Below, piece by piece: positions 1 through 8,325 of a stretch of DNA of 64,000 nt. The notes beneath the pieces are model-generated. The model saw nothing but the letters and a program-made list of their open reading frames with translations. It made no database searches and was not told where the DNA came from. Position 1 is the stretch's first letter, and the number at the start of each line of letters is the position of its first letter. This stretch comes from Cenarchaeum sp. (lineage in GTDB: Archaea; Thermoproteota; Nitrososphaeria; Nitrososphaerales; Nitrosopumilaceae). The stretch is taken from the NCBI GenBank assembly GCA_963692915.1, contig OY843584.1:320001-384000 (forward strand), written 5' to 3'. The position numbers were made by a program, and so were the translations under genes.

Positions 1-139
1 CTGCTAGTGTGCCTTTTGTTCGACTGCTGCATCGACATCACCGCAACCTGACTTTTGAGGTTTGGCCTGTCACTGGACGCCCCTCATTGTGCCGCTTCGT
101 GCCTACCCGCCGGCTCTCGTTGGGACAAGACCTGCTCGG

Positions 140-146
140 TTAATAT
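140..146 (+). promoter_or_regulatory. TATA-like box upstream of the predicted H/ACA sRNA
   Basis: TTAATAT in a GC-rich context, about 25 nt before a structured non-coding region. Confidence 0.5.
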
Positions 147-164
147 CGGGGAGATCCGCGCCGC

Positions 165-350
165 TCGTGCGCCCTAGAGCAATGGCGCGCAGACGGATCG
201 CGGTGACATGGCCGTCTTGGCCCGAGTGAGCCGTGATTCACCCAGGCGCGCCACAGAGGGTGCCCCGGTTAAAGAACCGGCCTAGGCAATTGGCTTGCCC
301 GTGAGGCCGCGTCAGTCAGAGCCGGGGAACACTCTCTGTCCTCGCGCCTG
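165..350 (+). ncRNA. Putative two-hairpin box H/ACA guide sRNA
   Basis: Hairpin 1: GGCGCGC 184-190 pairs GCGCGCC 246-252, ACA at 253-255, K-turn CGGT-GA...GTGA-GCCG. Hairpin 2: CCCCGG 263-268 pairs CCGGGG 322-327, ACA at 329-331, K-turn-like CGGCC-TA/CGT-GA-GGCCG. G-U pairs favour the + strand; ends approximate. Confidence 0.65.
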
Positions 351-396
351 CGCGGCGCCGATTCGTTGATATAGCGGCGAGTCCCCCCACGGCAGT

Positions 397-636
397 ATGG
401 CGACAGCATACGTGCTCATCAACTGCGAGCTGGGCTCCGAGGAGGCCATCATACAGCAGCTAAAGGGCATAGATGGCGTTCGCGAGGTTCACGGAACCTT
501 TGGCGCCTATGACATCCTGGCAAAGATCGAGTCTGACACGGTCGTAAAGCTCCGCGAGACGATAACGTGGAAGATACGCAAGATCGAAAAGATTCGCTCG
601 ACGCTCACGCTGATGGGCATCGAGGGTCAAAGCTAG
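397..636 (+). CDS. Lrp/AsnC ligand-binding (RAM) domain protein
   Basis: AYVLIN...GVREVHGTFGAYDILAKIE...IRSTLTL stand-alone RAM domain. Confidence 0.9.
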   Translation: MATAYVLINCELGSEEAIIQQLKGIDGVREVHGTFGAYDILAKIESDTVVKLRETITWKIRKIEKIRSTLTLMGIEGQS

Positions 637-658
637 GGGCCTGCGGGCCGGCACCGGC

Positions 659-1234
659 GTGGACCAGGGCTTGATTCTCCAATTTGTATTCATGGCACAC
701 GGCGACGAGCTCGAGTCGCGCGCAGCCGAGATTGCGTACGCGGGGCGCATGGCGCAGTTCTTCAAGTCGTGGATTGGGAATCACTTTGGGCGCGAGCTGG
801 ACGTTCGCTTTGACGCAATGACAGTCTCGCGCACCGGCATGCTCGCGCGTCCTGGCGTGCACACTTTACTGCAGGACCACAAGACGCGTGACGAGTCGAC
901 ATGGCACTTTTACCTCGCAAACTTTAGGCCGTTCTGGACCGACTCGATGGCAGAAGGGTACCACTCGGAGAACATGTGCATGTCGATGTGGCGCAAGCCG
1001 CGAGGCGACGGCGAACACGTGGGGTATTTGGCCGAAAAGAACTGCACCGAGGTCTCATACGAGCTCTCACACGAGCTCCTGCGGCAGGCCGGACGAAGGG
1101 ACTCCGTTGATGTGGTCAATGCGGCGTGGTCGAGGCACTTTTCTGGCGAGCTCCCATTCGTCGCGTATGGCGCAGATCATGAAAAAACCGACGGCTCGCC
1201 GGAGTTCCTGACCATTGACGCGTCGCTTCTCTAG
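659..1234 (+). CDS. Conserved thaumarchaeal hypothetical protein
   Basis: 191-aa ORF with HFYLANFRPFWTD and SYELSHELLR motifs; fills the gap between neighbouring genes. Confidence 0.75.
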   Translation: MDQGLILQFVFMAHGDELESRAAEIAYAGRMAQFFKSWIGNHFGRELDVRFDAMTVSRTGMLARPGVHTLLQDHKTRDESTWHFYLANFRPFWTDSMAEGYHSENMCMSMWRKPRGDGEHVGYLAEKNCTEVSYELSHELLRQAGRRDSVDVVNAAWSRHFSGELPFVAYGADHEKTDGSPEFLTIDASLL

Positions 1235-1863
1235 CACGACACAGTCGAGAATATGTTGTTCTCAAAGTTTGCCGCGCGAAACGCGATCGCGCCGTCTAGG
1301 CTCTTGCCCTTTATTTTTGATATTCGCGCAATCTCGGTCATGGCCTCCTCCTTGAACCCCACTGACGAGCAGTATGTCGCCTCCCCTAGCTGCGTTCCCT
1401 GGTCTCCGCGCTTTATGTCGTATGCAACCTCGTGCATCCGCGCCATGTCTGTCCTGCTGACGGGCCTGCCCGTGGCCTTGTTGAACGCAATTGCGATATA
1501 GACGCCGTTGCTCTTTACGGCGATTGGGATCTTGTGGTTCTTGCCGGACATGCCCTGTATCGCCTCATTTATGATGACCTCGCACCTGTGGTGCGTGCTT
1601 GACACATACGCGTAAAACCTGTACGTCGCGTACCGGCCAGCCGTGTCAAACTCGCCGTTGACAAACGTGCGATACAGCGTCTCGAGGGCCTCCTTGTTCA
1701 GGCTCTGGAGCCTCTCATCGATCCTGCCCCTCTCCTGGAGGGTCGACTTACACTGCTTGGCGACTAGCCTGAGTATGAGGTCTGGCACGTTGTACTTGCG
1801 CAGGGCCGTAATGTGCGCGCTCTCCTGCGTAACGCCAAACTTTGGAAATCCGGTGTTTACCAC
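1231..1863 (-). CDS. Hypothetical protein, C-terminal restriction-endonuclease-like fold possible
   Basis: 210-aa ORF; IQGMSGKNHKIPIAVK resembles the GxSGxxHxIDI strand of Mrr_cat-like domains. Confidence 0.7.
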   Translation of the reverse strand: MVNTGFPKFGVTQESAHITALRKYNVPDLILRLVAKQCKSTLQERGRIDERLQSLNKEALETLYRTFVNGEFDTAGRYATYRFYAYVSSTHHRCEVIINEAIQGMSGKNHKIPIAVKSNGVYIAIAFNKATGRPVSRTDMARMHEVAYDIKRGDQGTQLGEATYCSSVGFKEEAMTEIARISKIKGKSLDGAIAFRAANFENNIFSTVSC

Positions 1864-2014
1864 GTTTTCGTCATCCCGTGGTTAACGCGCCGATCGTGTG
1901 CTGCCATCCGCATATGCACCGCCATGCGGTGCCGTTGCGCTTATAATTGTTGGCTGCAGGGTCGGTATACGGGCATACAAGCGTTAAATTCGGGCTGGTG
2001 CGCGCACGCCGACA

Positions 2015-4267
2015 ATGGAGATTGGGTGCAGCGCCGAGTCAGTCAAGGCAGTCTATGCGCGACTCGCCGAACGGGCCGGTGCGTATGCGCGCCTCGTCGA
2101 CCGCCCGCTCTCGCTCTCCGAGAAGATACTCGCCGGTCACATGGTCACGGCGCCATCCTCTGACCTGGACGGCGATGCCGGCACGTACGCGTACCTGCAG
2201 CCTGACAGGGTGGCGCTCCAGGACGTCACGGGACAGATGGTCATGCTACAGTTCATGACGACAGGTCTGAAGCGCGCCGCACTGCCGACGACGATCCACT
2301 GTGACCACCTGATCAGGGCAAGGGTCGACGGCGATACTGACATGGCCGAGTCACTCGGCGAGAACGACGAGGTCTTTCGCTTCCTCCAGTCCGCCGCAGC
2401 AGCATACGGCTGTGGATTCTGGCGGCCGGGAGCAGGAATCATACACCAGGTCGTCCTCGAGAACTATGCATTTCCTGGCGGCCTGATGATAGGAACCGAC
2501 TCGCACACGCCCAATGCCGGCGGCCTCGGGATGCTCGCCGTCGGAGTCGGGGGTATCGATGCTGCCGAGGCGATGGCGGGTCTTCCATGGGAGGTTCGCT
2601 ATCCACGGCGGATAGGAGTGCGCCTTACCGGCCGGCTCGGCGGCTGGACGGCACCAAAGGACGTCATACTACGCGTCGCCGGCGAGCTCACGGTGTCTGG
2701 CGCGACGAATGCGATCATCGAGTACTATGGGCCGGGCACCGAGTCGATCAGCTGTACGGGCAAGGCGACAATAGCGAACATGGGCGCCGAGATCGGTGCG
2801 ACGTGCTCGATCTTTCCGTATGACGCCAGAATGCGCGATTACCTGCACGCGACGCGAAGGGTCGACATTGCAGCCCTCGCCGATGCGCACGCCAAGCTTT
2901 TGTGCGCCGACGAGGGCGCGCGCTATGACAGGACGCTTGAGATCGATCTCTCCACACTCGAGCCGCATGTCGTCGGGCCGCACACGCCAGATCTTGCGCG
3001 ACCCATATCACAGCTTGCGCGTGATGCCAAGGAGAACGGCTATGTCGAGGAGATCTCGGCAGCCCTCATAGGGAGCTGCACAAACTCGTCGTACGAGGAC
3101 ATGACTCGCGCAGCCGGCGTTGCCGGACAGGCCGCCTCTAGGGGAATCACGGCAGTGACGCCGCTACTCGTCACGCCAGGCTCCGAGCAGGTCCGCGCGA
3201 CGATCGAGCGCGACGGCCAGATGGGTACGCTTCGCCGCATCGGGGCCACTGTCCTGGCCAACGCGTGCGGCCCGTGCATAGGCCAGTGGAGCCGGCCGGA
3301 GCTTGAGCGCTCGCGCAAGAACACCATCGTGACATCCTTCAACCGCAACTTTCCTGGCCGCAACGACGGCAGCCGTGACACGATGAACTTTATCGCAAGC
3401 CCCGAGATAGTCGTCGCACTCTCGCTTGCCGGACGCCTCTCGTTCAACCCGCTCACCGACACGCTCGAGGCCGCCGACGGGACGCGCGTTACGCTCGGGG
3501 AGCCTGTGCAGGCACCAGACATTCCGGAGGACGGGTTTGTTCGTGGTGATGGCGCATACGTTGCACCGCCGGCTGACGGCGTACACACAATAGAGATCGA
3601 CGCATCAAGCAAGAGGCTCCAGGCGCTCGAGCCGTTTGCGGCATGGCACGGCGGTGACCTCGTTGGAATGCGTGTCATGCTCAGGGCACAGGGCAAGTGC
3701 ACAACCGACCACATATCGCCTGCCGGCCCATGGCTCTCGTTTCGTGGACACCTCGATAACCTCAGCGACAACATGCTCCTCGGCGCAGTAAACGCGTTTG
3801 GCGGCCATGTCGGCAAGGGAACCAACGCGCTCACTGGCAACGTCGAGCCGTTTCCGCAGATCGGTCGCGCGTACCGTGCGGCCGGAATCCAGTGGGCCAT
3901 CGTCGGTGACTCGAACTATGGTGAGGGCAGCAGCAGGGAGCATGCGGCCATAACGCCGCGCTATCTCGGGTGTGCTGTAGTCATTGCGCGCAGCTTTGCG
4001 CGCATACACGAGACGAACCTCAAAAAGCAGGGCATACTGGCCCTTACGTTCTCAGACGCGTCTGACTATGACAAGATACTCGAGGGCGACACGCTTGACA
4101 TACTCGACCTCGCCTCGATCGCGCCCTCGGCGCCGGTTCGCTGCGCCATAAGGCACGCCGACGGCCGGTCAGAGGAGATTGCGCTCTCGCACTCGTACAA
4201 CTCGATGCAGCTCGAGTGGTTTCGGGCCGGCTCTGCCCTCAACGTCCTTCGCGCCGGCGCGCAATAA
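2015..4267 (+). CDS. acnA: Aconitate hydratase
   Basis: DRVALQD, HCDHLI, GIIHQVVLEN, GTDSHT, IGSCTNS, NACGPCIG, SFNRNF, NYGEGSSREHAA. Confidence 0.97.
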   Translation: MEIGCSAESVKAVYARLAERAGAYARLVDRPLSLSEKILAGHMVTAPSSDLDGDAGTYAYLQPDRVALQDVTGQMVMLQFMTTGLKRAALPTTIHCDHLIRARVDGDTDMAESLGENDEVFRFLQSAAAAYGCGFWRPGAGIIHQVVLENYAFPGGLMIGTDSHTPNAGGLGMLAVGVGGIDAAEAMAGLPWEVRYPRRIGVRLTGRLGGWTAPKDVILRVAGELTVSGATNAIIEYYGPGTESISCTGKATIANMGAEIGATCSIFPYDARMRDYLHATRRVDIAALADAHAKLLCADEGARYDRTLEIDLSTLEPHVVGPHTPDLARPISQLARDAKENGYVEEISAALIGSCTNSSYEDMTRAAGVAGQAASRGITAVTPLLVTPGSEQVRATIERDGQMGTLRRIGATVLANACGPCIGQWSRPELERSRKNTIVTSFNRNFPGRNDGSRDTMNFIASPEIVVALSLAGRLSFNPLTDTLEAADGTRVTLGEPVQAPDIPEDGFVRGDGAYVAPPADGVHTIEIDASSKRLQALEPFAAWHGGDLVGMRVMLRAQGKCTTDHISPAGPWLSFRGHLDNLSDNMLLGAVNAFGGHVGKGTNALTGNVEPFPQIGRAYRAAGIQWAIVGDSNYGEGSSREHAAITPRYLGCAVVIARSFARIHETNLKKQGILALTFSDASDYDKILEGDTLDILDLASIAPSAPVRCAIRHADGRSEEIALSHSYNSMQLEWFRAGSALNVLRAGAQ

Positions 4268-4277
4268 TGGGTGGATG

Positions 4278-4432
4278 TGGGGCCGACCGGAATCGAACCG
4301 GCGACCTACGGGTCACTGCAGCTCCAAACCCACATCATCCCGTGATGGTCAGCAGTTCAGACTTTGACCTCTGGAGCCCCTAGCGGTGATCGCGTGCGTC
4401 ACTGTCGCCCTACCGGACTAGGCTACGACCCC
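4278..4432 (-). tRNA. tRNA-Trp(CCA) with two BHB introns (4380-4403 and 4314-4370)
   Basis: GGGGTCG...CGGCCCC-A acceptor stem, GGTTCGATTCC T-arm; removing both introns restores ACGGG-CT-CCA-GA-CCCGT. Confidence 0.93.
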
Positions 4433-4845
4433 ACGATAGGGCGCCGTGGGGTGCCGGGATTTTAAGCTATTTGGGGCTCTGTGCGCGTGGCCACCGGCAC
4501 TGGCGAATACTCCCTGCCAGCGTCCTGCGACGCATTTTTGCAGTCTGTGATGAAGCACGGGTCGACCAGCAGAACCGACGGGTTTGAAGATCTTGCTGTC
4601 GTCCAGCGTGCCCTTGCCGTGGTCATGCTGGCCTCGATGGACATCGCGCAGCCCGAGCAGGATGCCCCTGACATCGCCTCGCACTGCTATGAGCCCCACA
4701 AGCGCGCCTCGACATCCTCTGCGATATGATGGCCACCGAGATCGCACAGCATACAATATGCCTGTCGATGTATCCATGTAATGGCGGTGCCTGCTGCGTA
4801 GGCGCGTGCTAAGACTTATTGGGCAAGTCACGCCCAGCGCGCGCC

Positions 4846-5373
4846 ATGCCGCGCACCGCAATGATCGTCGCCGGCGCCATACCGGTGGCAGTGGCGATTC
4901 TCATAGCAGTGCCGCTTCTCACCGTCGAGCGCGTTCCGGCCACGACGCTCCTCCCCAATGACATGATCGACATTGAGCACACAATGCGTCACATAACCAC
5001 GGTTCCCGGAGTCATCGAGCGCGAGCGCGCACTTGAATCGCGTGTGCTAAGGATCGACGCGTCTGGCGACGCAAAGCTGCTTGTCGCCACGGCAGACGGG
5101 ACGTCCGAACACGGGGCGCAGCTTGGTGCTGACACGCTGCAGAGGCTGCGCGCACTGATAAAGGAGACTGGATTTATGTCAATAACGCCGTCCTCGTTCG
5201 TGTCAGAGATCCTGCCGGCCGAGTACGAGCTCCACACGCTGCGTGTGGGGCTTAACGGCGATGAACGGACGGTTCGCTGGTCAGAGCACGACTCGCCAGA
5301 CAGCCTCGTCCCGCCGCTGATCCTCGCGGTCCGTGAGGAGCTCGGCAAGATTGCCGGCATGCTGGTGTCGTAG
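4846..5373 (+). CDS. Hypothetical membrane-anchored protein
   Basis: N-terminal hydrophobic helix (AMIVAGAIPVAVAILIAVPLL); start chosen at ATG 4846. Confidence 0.75.
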   Translation: MPRTAMIVAGAIPVAVAILIAVPLLTVERVPATTLLPNDMIDIEHTMRHITTVPGVIERERALESRVLRIDASGDAKLLVATADGTSEHGAQLGADTLQRLRALIKETGFMSITPSSFVSEILPAEYELHTLRVGLNGDERTVRWSEHDSPDSLVPPLILAVREELGKIAGMLVS

Positions 5374-5434
5374 CGCAGCCATGTGCCTGCATAGCCCAAA
5401 ACCGTTAAATCAAGAGTCCGCTGCGCCATGCCGC

Positions 5435-5555
5435 AGGGGAGTAGTCCAGCCTGGCCAAAGTGGGGCAGATGTGCCCCTTGGACACGCGAGACTTAAGATC
5501 TCAATGGGTGATCTCGTCTCTTAGGAGTTCGTGGGTTCAAATCCCACCTCCCCTA
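5435..5555 (+). tRNA. tRNA-Leu(TAA) with a D-arm intron and a 13-nt 37/38 intron
   Basis: AGGGGAG/CTCCCCT-A acceptor, long variable arm, CGAGA-CT-TAA-GA-TCTCG after splicing; BHB CCAA-AGT...TTGG-ACA. Confidence 0.9.
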
Positions 5556-5562
5556 TAACACA

Positions 5563-5949
5563 CTAGTTTGGGCGTCTTATGCCCTTGGAGCCGAGCATGT
5601 CATACACGTCAGGCATTGAAAAGACAAATCCAACATGGACACAGTCGGTGCTCTCGCACTGCTGGCAGGCAAGCTCGCCGTCGCGTATGGCGACCTCGAC
5701 GATGCGGTTGTTGACGTTGTCACGCAATATCACACAGTCGGCCTCGACAGATATGCTCTTTATCCTCGGCGCATGCCTCGCGAACGTCTCGTCCTTTAGC
5801 ATCTGCTCCTCGAGCATGTATGAGACATAGCCAGAGAAGCTCTTTACGCCCCTGCGGCTGAGATCCTCCTTGCTCTTTGTGTACGCCTCGTGAAAGCGAT
5901 CATAGGCTGACTCGGAGACCGTTATCGACTTGAAACCTGGTTTTGGCAC
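5563..5949 (-). CDS. Conserved hypothetical protein (RHH-like N-terminus, Cys/His C-terminus)
   Basis: PKPGFKSITVSESAYDRF strand-helix start; CQQC...DCVH at the end; GTG start at 5949. Confidence 0.75.
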   Translation of the reverse strand: MPKPGFKSITVSESAYDRFHEAYTKSKEDLSRRGVKSFSGYVSYMLEEQMLKDETFARHAPRIKSISVEADCVILRDNVNNRIVEVAIRDGELACQQCESTDCVHVGFVFSMPDVYDMLGSKGIRRPN

Positions 5950-6070
5950 CGTACAAACACCTACCGCACCCCCCCCGTACATGACTATATAACTGTTTAG
6001 CCACCTCCGGCCGCCTATGGCCTGTGACCTGCCGCCACCGCTTTATACGTCGGCACTGCCGACGATCGCC

Positions 6071-6934
6071 GTGCGCGGATATGACGGAGCCGAGCTGCGC
6101 AGGCGCCTCCTCGACCTCCTCGAGAACGGTGAGGCCATGACGGGCTCGGCGATATCGAAATCACTAGGCGTCAGCCGCATCACGATGTCAAAGTACCTCG
6201 ATGCGTTTGCGACTGCCGGCGTGGTGCGTCGGCGGCGCGTGGGCAACGCGACGCTCTGGAGCGCCGGCGATGCCTCGGCACGCTTTGAGTTTCCGACAGA
6301 CTATGCGCGGGCCGGCTCGGCATACCTGGAGGGCATCGCCGGCCTCGATGACACCCGCGCCGGCTCGCTAGTCGAGGCATGCATCGCGCACGGCGCGACT
6401 CCGGCGGGGATGGTCCGCGAGGTCTTTGCTCCGGCAATAGACGGCGTGCAGAAAATGTACAGTGACGGCAAGGCCGGCCGCACCGAGGCGGCACTCATGC
6501 GCAGCGCCATCTCGGCGTCGATGGTGCGCATGCGAGGTGATGACTCTGAGGATCCCACAAGGCACGCCGTGATGGTCGCCGACAGCGCCAATGGCGCGCT
6601 GCGCGCTGAGGCGACTGCTGCCGCACTGCGCCATATGGGATGGAAGGCCATGTGCGTCGGTGACATATCGTCCTCAATTGACGCGCTCCTTGACACTGAC
6701 ATCGAGCGCCTCTTGGTCAGGGCACGCGCGCCGCGCGGCGGGATGACGGTGGCAATTGCGTTCTCCGAGACGGCCGACGGCCTGGGAACCATCGGCCGCG
6801 TCATTCGCTCGGCGTGCTCTGGCGCGGCGAGGGGAACGCTACTTGCGCTCTGCGGACCGGACGGCCACGGTGTAGATGCCGACGCGTCAGTCAGGGCTCC
6901 GTGGGATGCGGTCCACTGGGCTGCCTCGCTCTAG
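6071..6934 (+). CDS. wHTH transcription regulator with cobalamin-binding-like domain
   Basis: N-terminal HTH (MTGSAISKSLGVSRITMSKYLD), B12 cap-like EVFAPAIDGVQKMYSDGK, Rossmann-like C-terminus. Confidence 0.75.
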   Translation: MRGYDGAELRRRLLDLLENGEAMTGSAISKSLGVSRITMSKYLDAFATAGVVRRRRVGNATLWSAGDASARFEFPTDYARAGSAYLEGIAGLDDTRAGSLVEACIAHGATPAGMVREVFAPAIDGVQKMYSDGKAGRTEAALMRSAISASMVRMRGDDSEDPTRHAVMVADSANGALRAEATAAALRHMGWKAMCVGDISSSIDALLDTDIERLLVRARAPRGGMTVAIAFSETADGLGTIGRVIRSACSGAARGTLLALCGPDGHGVDADASVRAPWDAVHWAASL

Positions 6935-6939
6935 TTTTG

Positions 6940-7029
6940 TGGGCCGAGTGAGATTCGAACTCACGACCTTTCGATCTCCGAATTCGGCTTTATCAGTCGA
7001 ACGCTCCAGCCAAGCTGAGCTACCGGCCC
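6940..7029 (-). tRNA. tRNA-Ile(GAT) with 37/38 intron
   Basis: GGGCCGGTAGCTCAG start; TTCGA-CT-GAT-A[15-nt intron]A-TCGAA; GTTCGAATC T-loop. Confidence 0.93.
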
Positions 7030-7062
7030 TGCACGCCGGCGCGCGGATGGCATGATTTAAGT

Positions 7063-7617
7063 CTAGTTTTGGCGCCACTTTATTGAGCAGCCTATTGATG
7101 GCTCAAAGTCGCGCTCTATGGGCTTGCCCTCTAGCATTGTGCCAATGTTGGCGATCATCGTCTTTTCAGTCGCCTTGTCCTCTGGTTTCATCGCGTTGTC
7201 GATTCGGCCGTGAAAAACGAGCCTCATCTGCGAGTCAAAGAGGAACGGATCTGGAGTGCACGTCGCGCCGTACTTGCGCGCCACCTCCTGCGTCTCATCA
7301 ACTAGGTAGTCAAAAGCGATTCCGCGCTCGGCGGCCATGGCGACCATCGCCTCATAGCTGTCATCAGGATATGCCACCGCATCGTTGCTGTTTATGCCCA
7401 CGATGGCGACACGCTCGCCGTACCTCGAGTGAACCTCCTTTATCGCCTCGACCTTTGCCTTTACGTAGGGGCAGTGGTTGCACATGAACACGACTAGAAG
7501 GCCGCCACACTGGCCATAGTCGGTTAGCGTGTGCGTCTTGCCGTCAGTGCCCTTTAGCGCAAAGTCCGGGGCCGCATCGCCTGTCTTGAGTGACCTCTGT
7601 GACTCTAGGAGAACCAT
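7063..7617 (-). CDS. Thioredoxin-fold AhpC/TSA-family protein
   Basis: APDFALKGTDG, FMCNHCPYV, YGATCTPD, SIGCSIKW. Confidence 0.92.
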   Translation of the reverse strand: MVLLESQRSLKTGDAAPDFALKGTDGKTHTLTDYGQCGGLLVVFMCNHCPYVKAKVEAIKEVHSRYGERVAIVGINSNDAVAYPDDSYEAMVAMAAERGIAFDYLVDETQEVARKYGATCTPDPFLFDSQMRLVFHGRIDNAMKPEDKATEKTMIANIGTMLEGKPIERDFEPSIGCSIKWRQN

Positions 7618-7727
7618 GGGACGCTGCGGGCAGGATTGGCAATAAAACCCTTGGGCTCGTGGACTGCGCATGGTGACTGAACTCGGGCTGCGCGCGCCTC
7701 CTCGAGCCATGCCGGCACGCCAGTTAT

Positions 7728-7949
7728 GGGTATGGGATGGAGCCCCGTGCAAGCGTGACACCTGCTAGGGTGCGATCATGCCCATCTGGCCAAAATGGCC
7801 TGGACTCTTGACCCCGTGCGTGCGACGGTATGGGGTCAGCACCTCCGTTCGTCCATGCCTGGGCAGGTGCCGCAACGGCAAGTGGATCGGCAGGATCACG
7901 CCTATTTGACCAAATGAGGAGTGGGGTGCTGACCACGTGCGTGCGACGG
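7728..7949 (+). repeat. Two tandem copies (A, B) of a degenerate ~100-120 bp MITE/REP-like element
   Basis: Cores GATCATGCCCATCTGGCCAAAATG (7774-7797) and GATCACGCCTATTTGACCAAATG (7894-7916); each unit starts GGTATGGG and ends TGACC(C/A)CGTGCGTGCGACGG; GGTCAGCACC/GGTGCTGACC inverted ends in copy B. Confidence 0.75.
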
Positions 7950-7991
7950 CCTGAAAGGCATAATAGCGCCGATTGCGGGGCGCCTGCCGTA

Positions 7992-8065
7992 GGGCTGATA
8001 GTATAGCCTGGTAGTATACCTGCCTTGCACGCAGGGGGTCGGGGGTTCAAATCCCCCTCAGTCCA
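7992..8065 (+). tRNA. tRNA-Ala(TGC)
   Basis: GGGCTGA/TCAGTCC-A with G3-U70 pair; CCTGC-CT-TGC-AC-GCAGG; no intron. Confidence 0.95.
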
Positions 8066-8157
8066 CCTCCAATATGGCAACTCCTAGAGTGGCGTGCGCA
8101 TGACTTTTCTGCGATCACACGGTGGACTTAAATAACCTGCATCTGTCGTCTTGCTGT

Positions 8158-8265
8158 ATGGCAAGCCCAGCAGAAGGTTGGCCCGTCTGGATCCCCCTCA
8201 TAGTAGGTTTGGCTCCTGGTCTCGTGTACTGGTTCGTGATAACCGGTATGCGTAGGCGCAGATAG
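8158..8265 (+). CDS. Small single-TM protein (35 aa)
   Basis: MASPAEGWPVWIPLIVGLAPGLVYWFVITGMRRRR; TTAAATA box about 30 nt upstream. Confidence 0.7.
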   Translation: MASPAEGWPVWIPLIVGLAPGLVYWFVITGMRRRR

Positions 8266-8325
8266 CCAGGACAGGGAAACCACGTGCTCATAGAGTGGAA
8301 GATGGCAATTTTGCGCCCTAGAGGG

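Noticed and set aside
1-40. Possible start of a minus-strand gene (MSMQQSNKRHTS)
   Set aside because: Only 12 codons are visible at the window edge
165-360. SRP RNA, RNase P RNA or an HDV-like ribozyme (TCCTCGCG)
   Set aside because: No SRP helix-8 motif, no GAGGAAAGUCC-type P4 motif, and no P3 pairing around TCCTCGCG
4481-4729. 82-aa ORF beside tRNA-Trp
   Set aside because: No recognisable motif or clear start; could be a relic but cannot be supported
7827-7934. Invertible phase-variation switch (interior flipped relative to copy C)
   Set aside because: More simply explained by terminal inverted repeats with the whole element inserted in the opposite orientation
7728-7949. CRISPR array
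   Set aside because: Only two units, the 'spacers' are about 100 nt and homologous to each other, and there are no cas genes
7912-7954. ATGAGGA...CTGA...CTGA as a box C/D sRNA
   Set aside because: Guides would be only about 8 nt, there is no clear C' box, and the segment is explained as the end of repeat copy B
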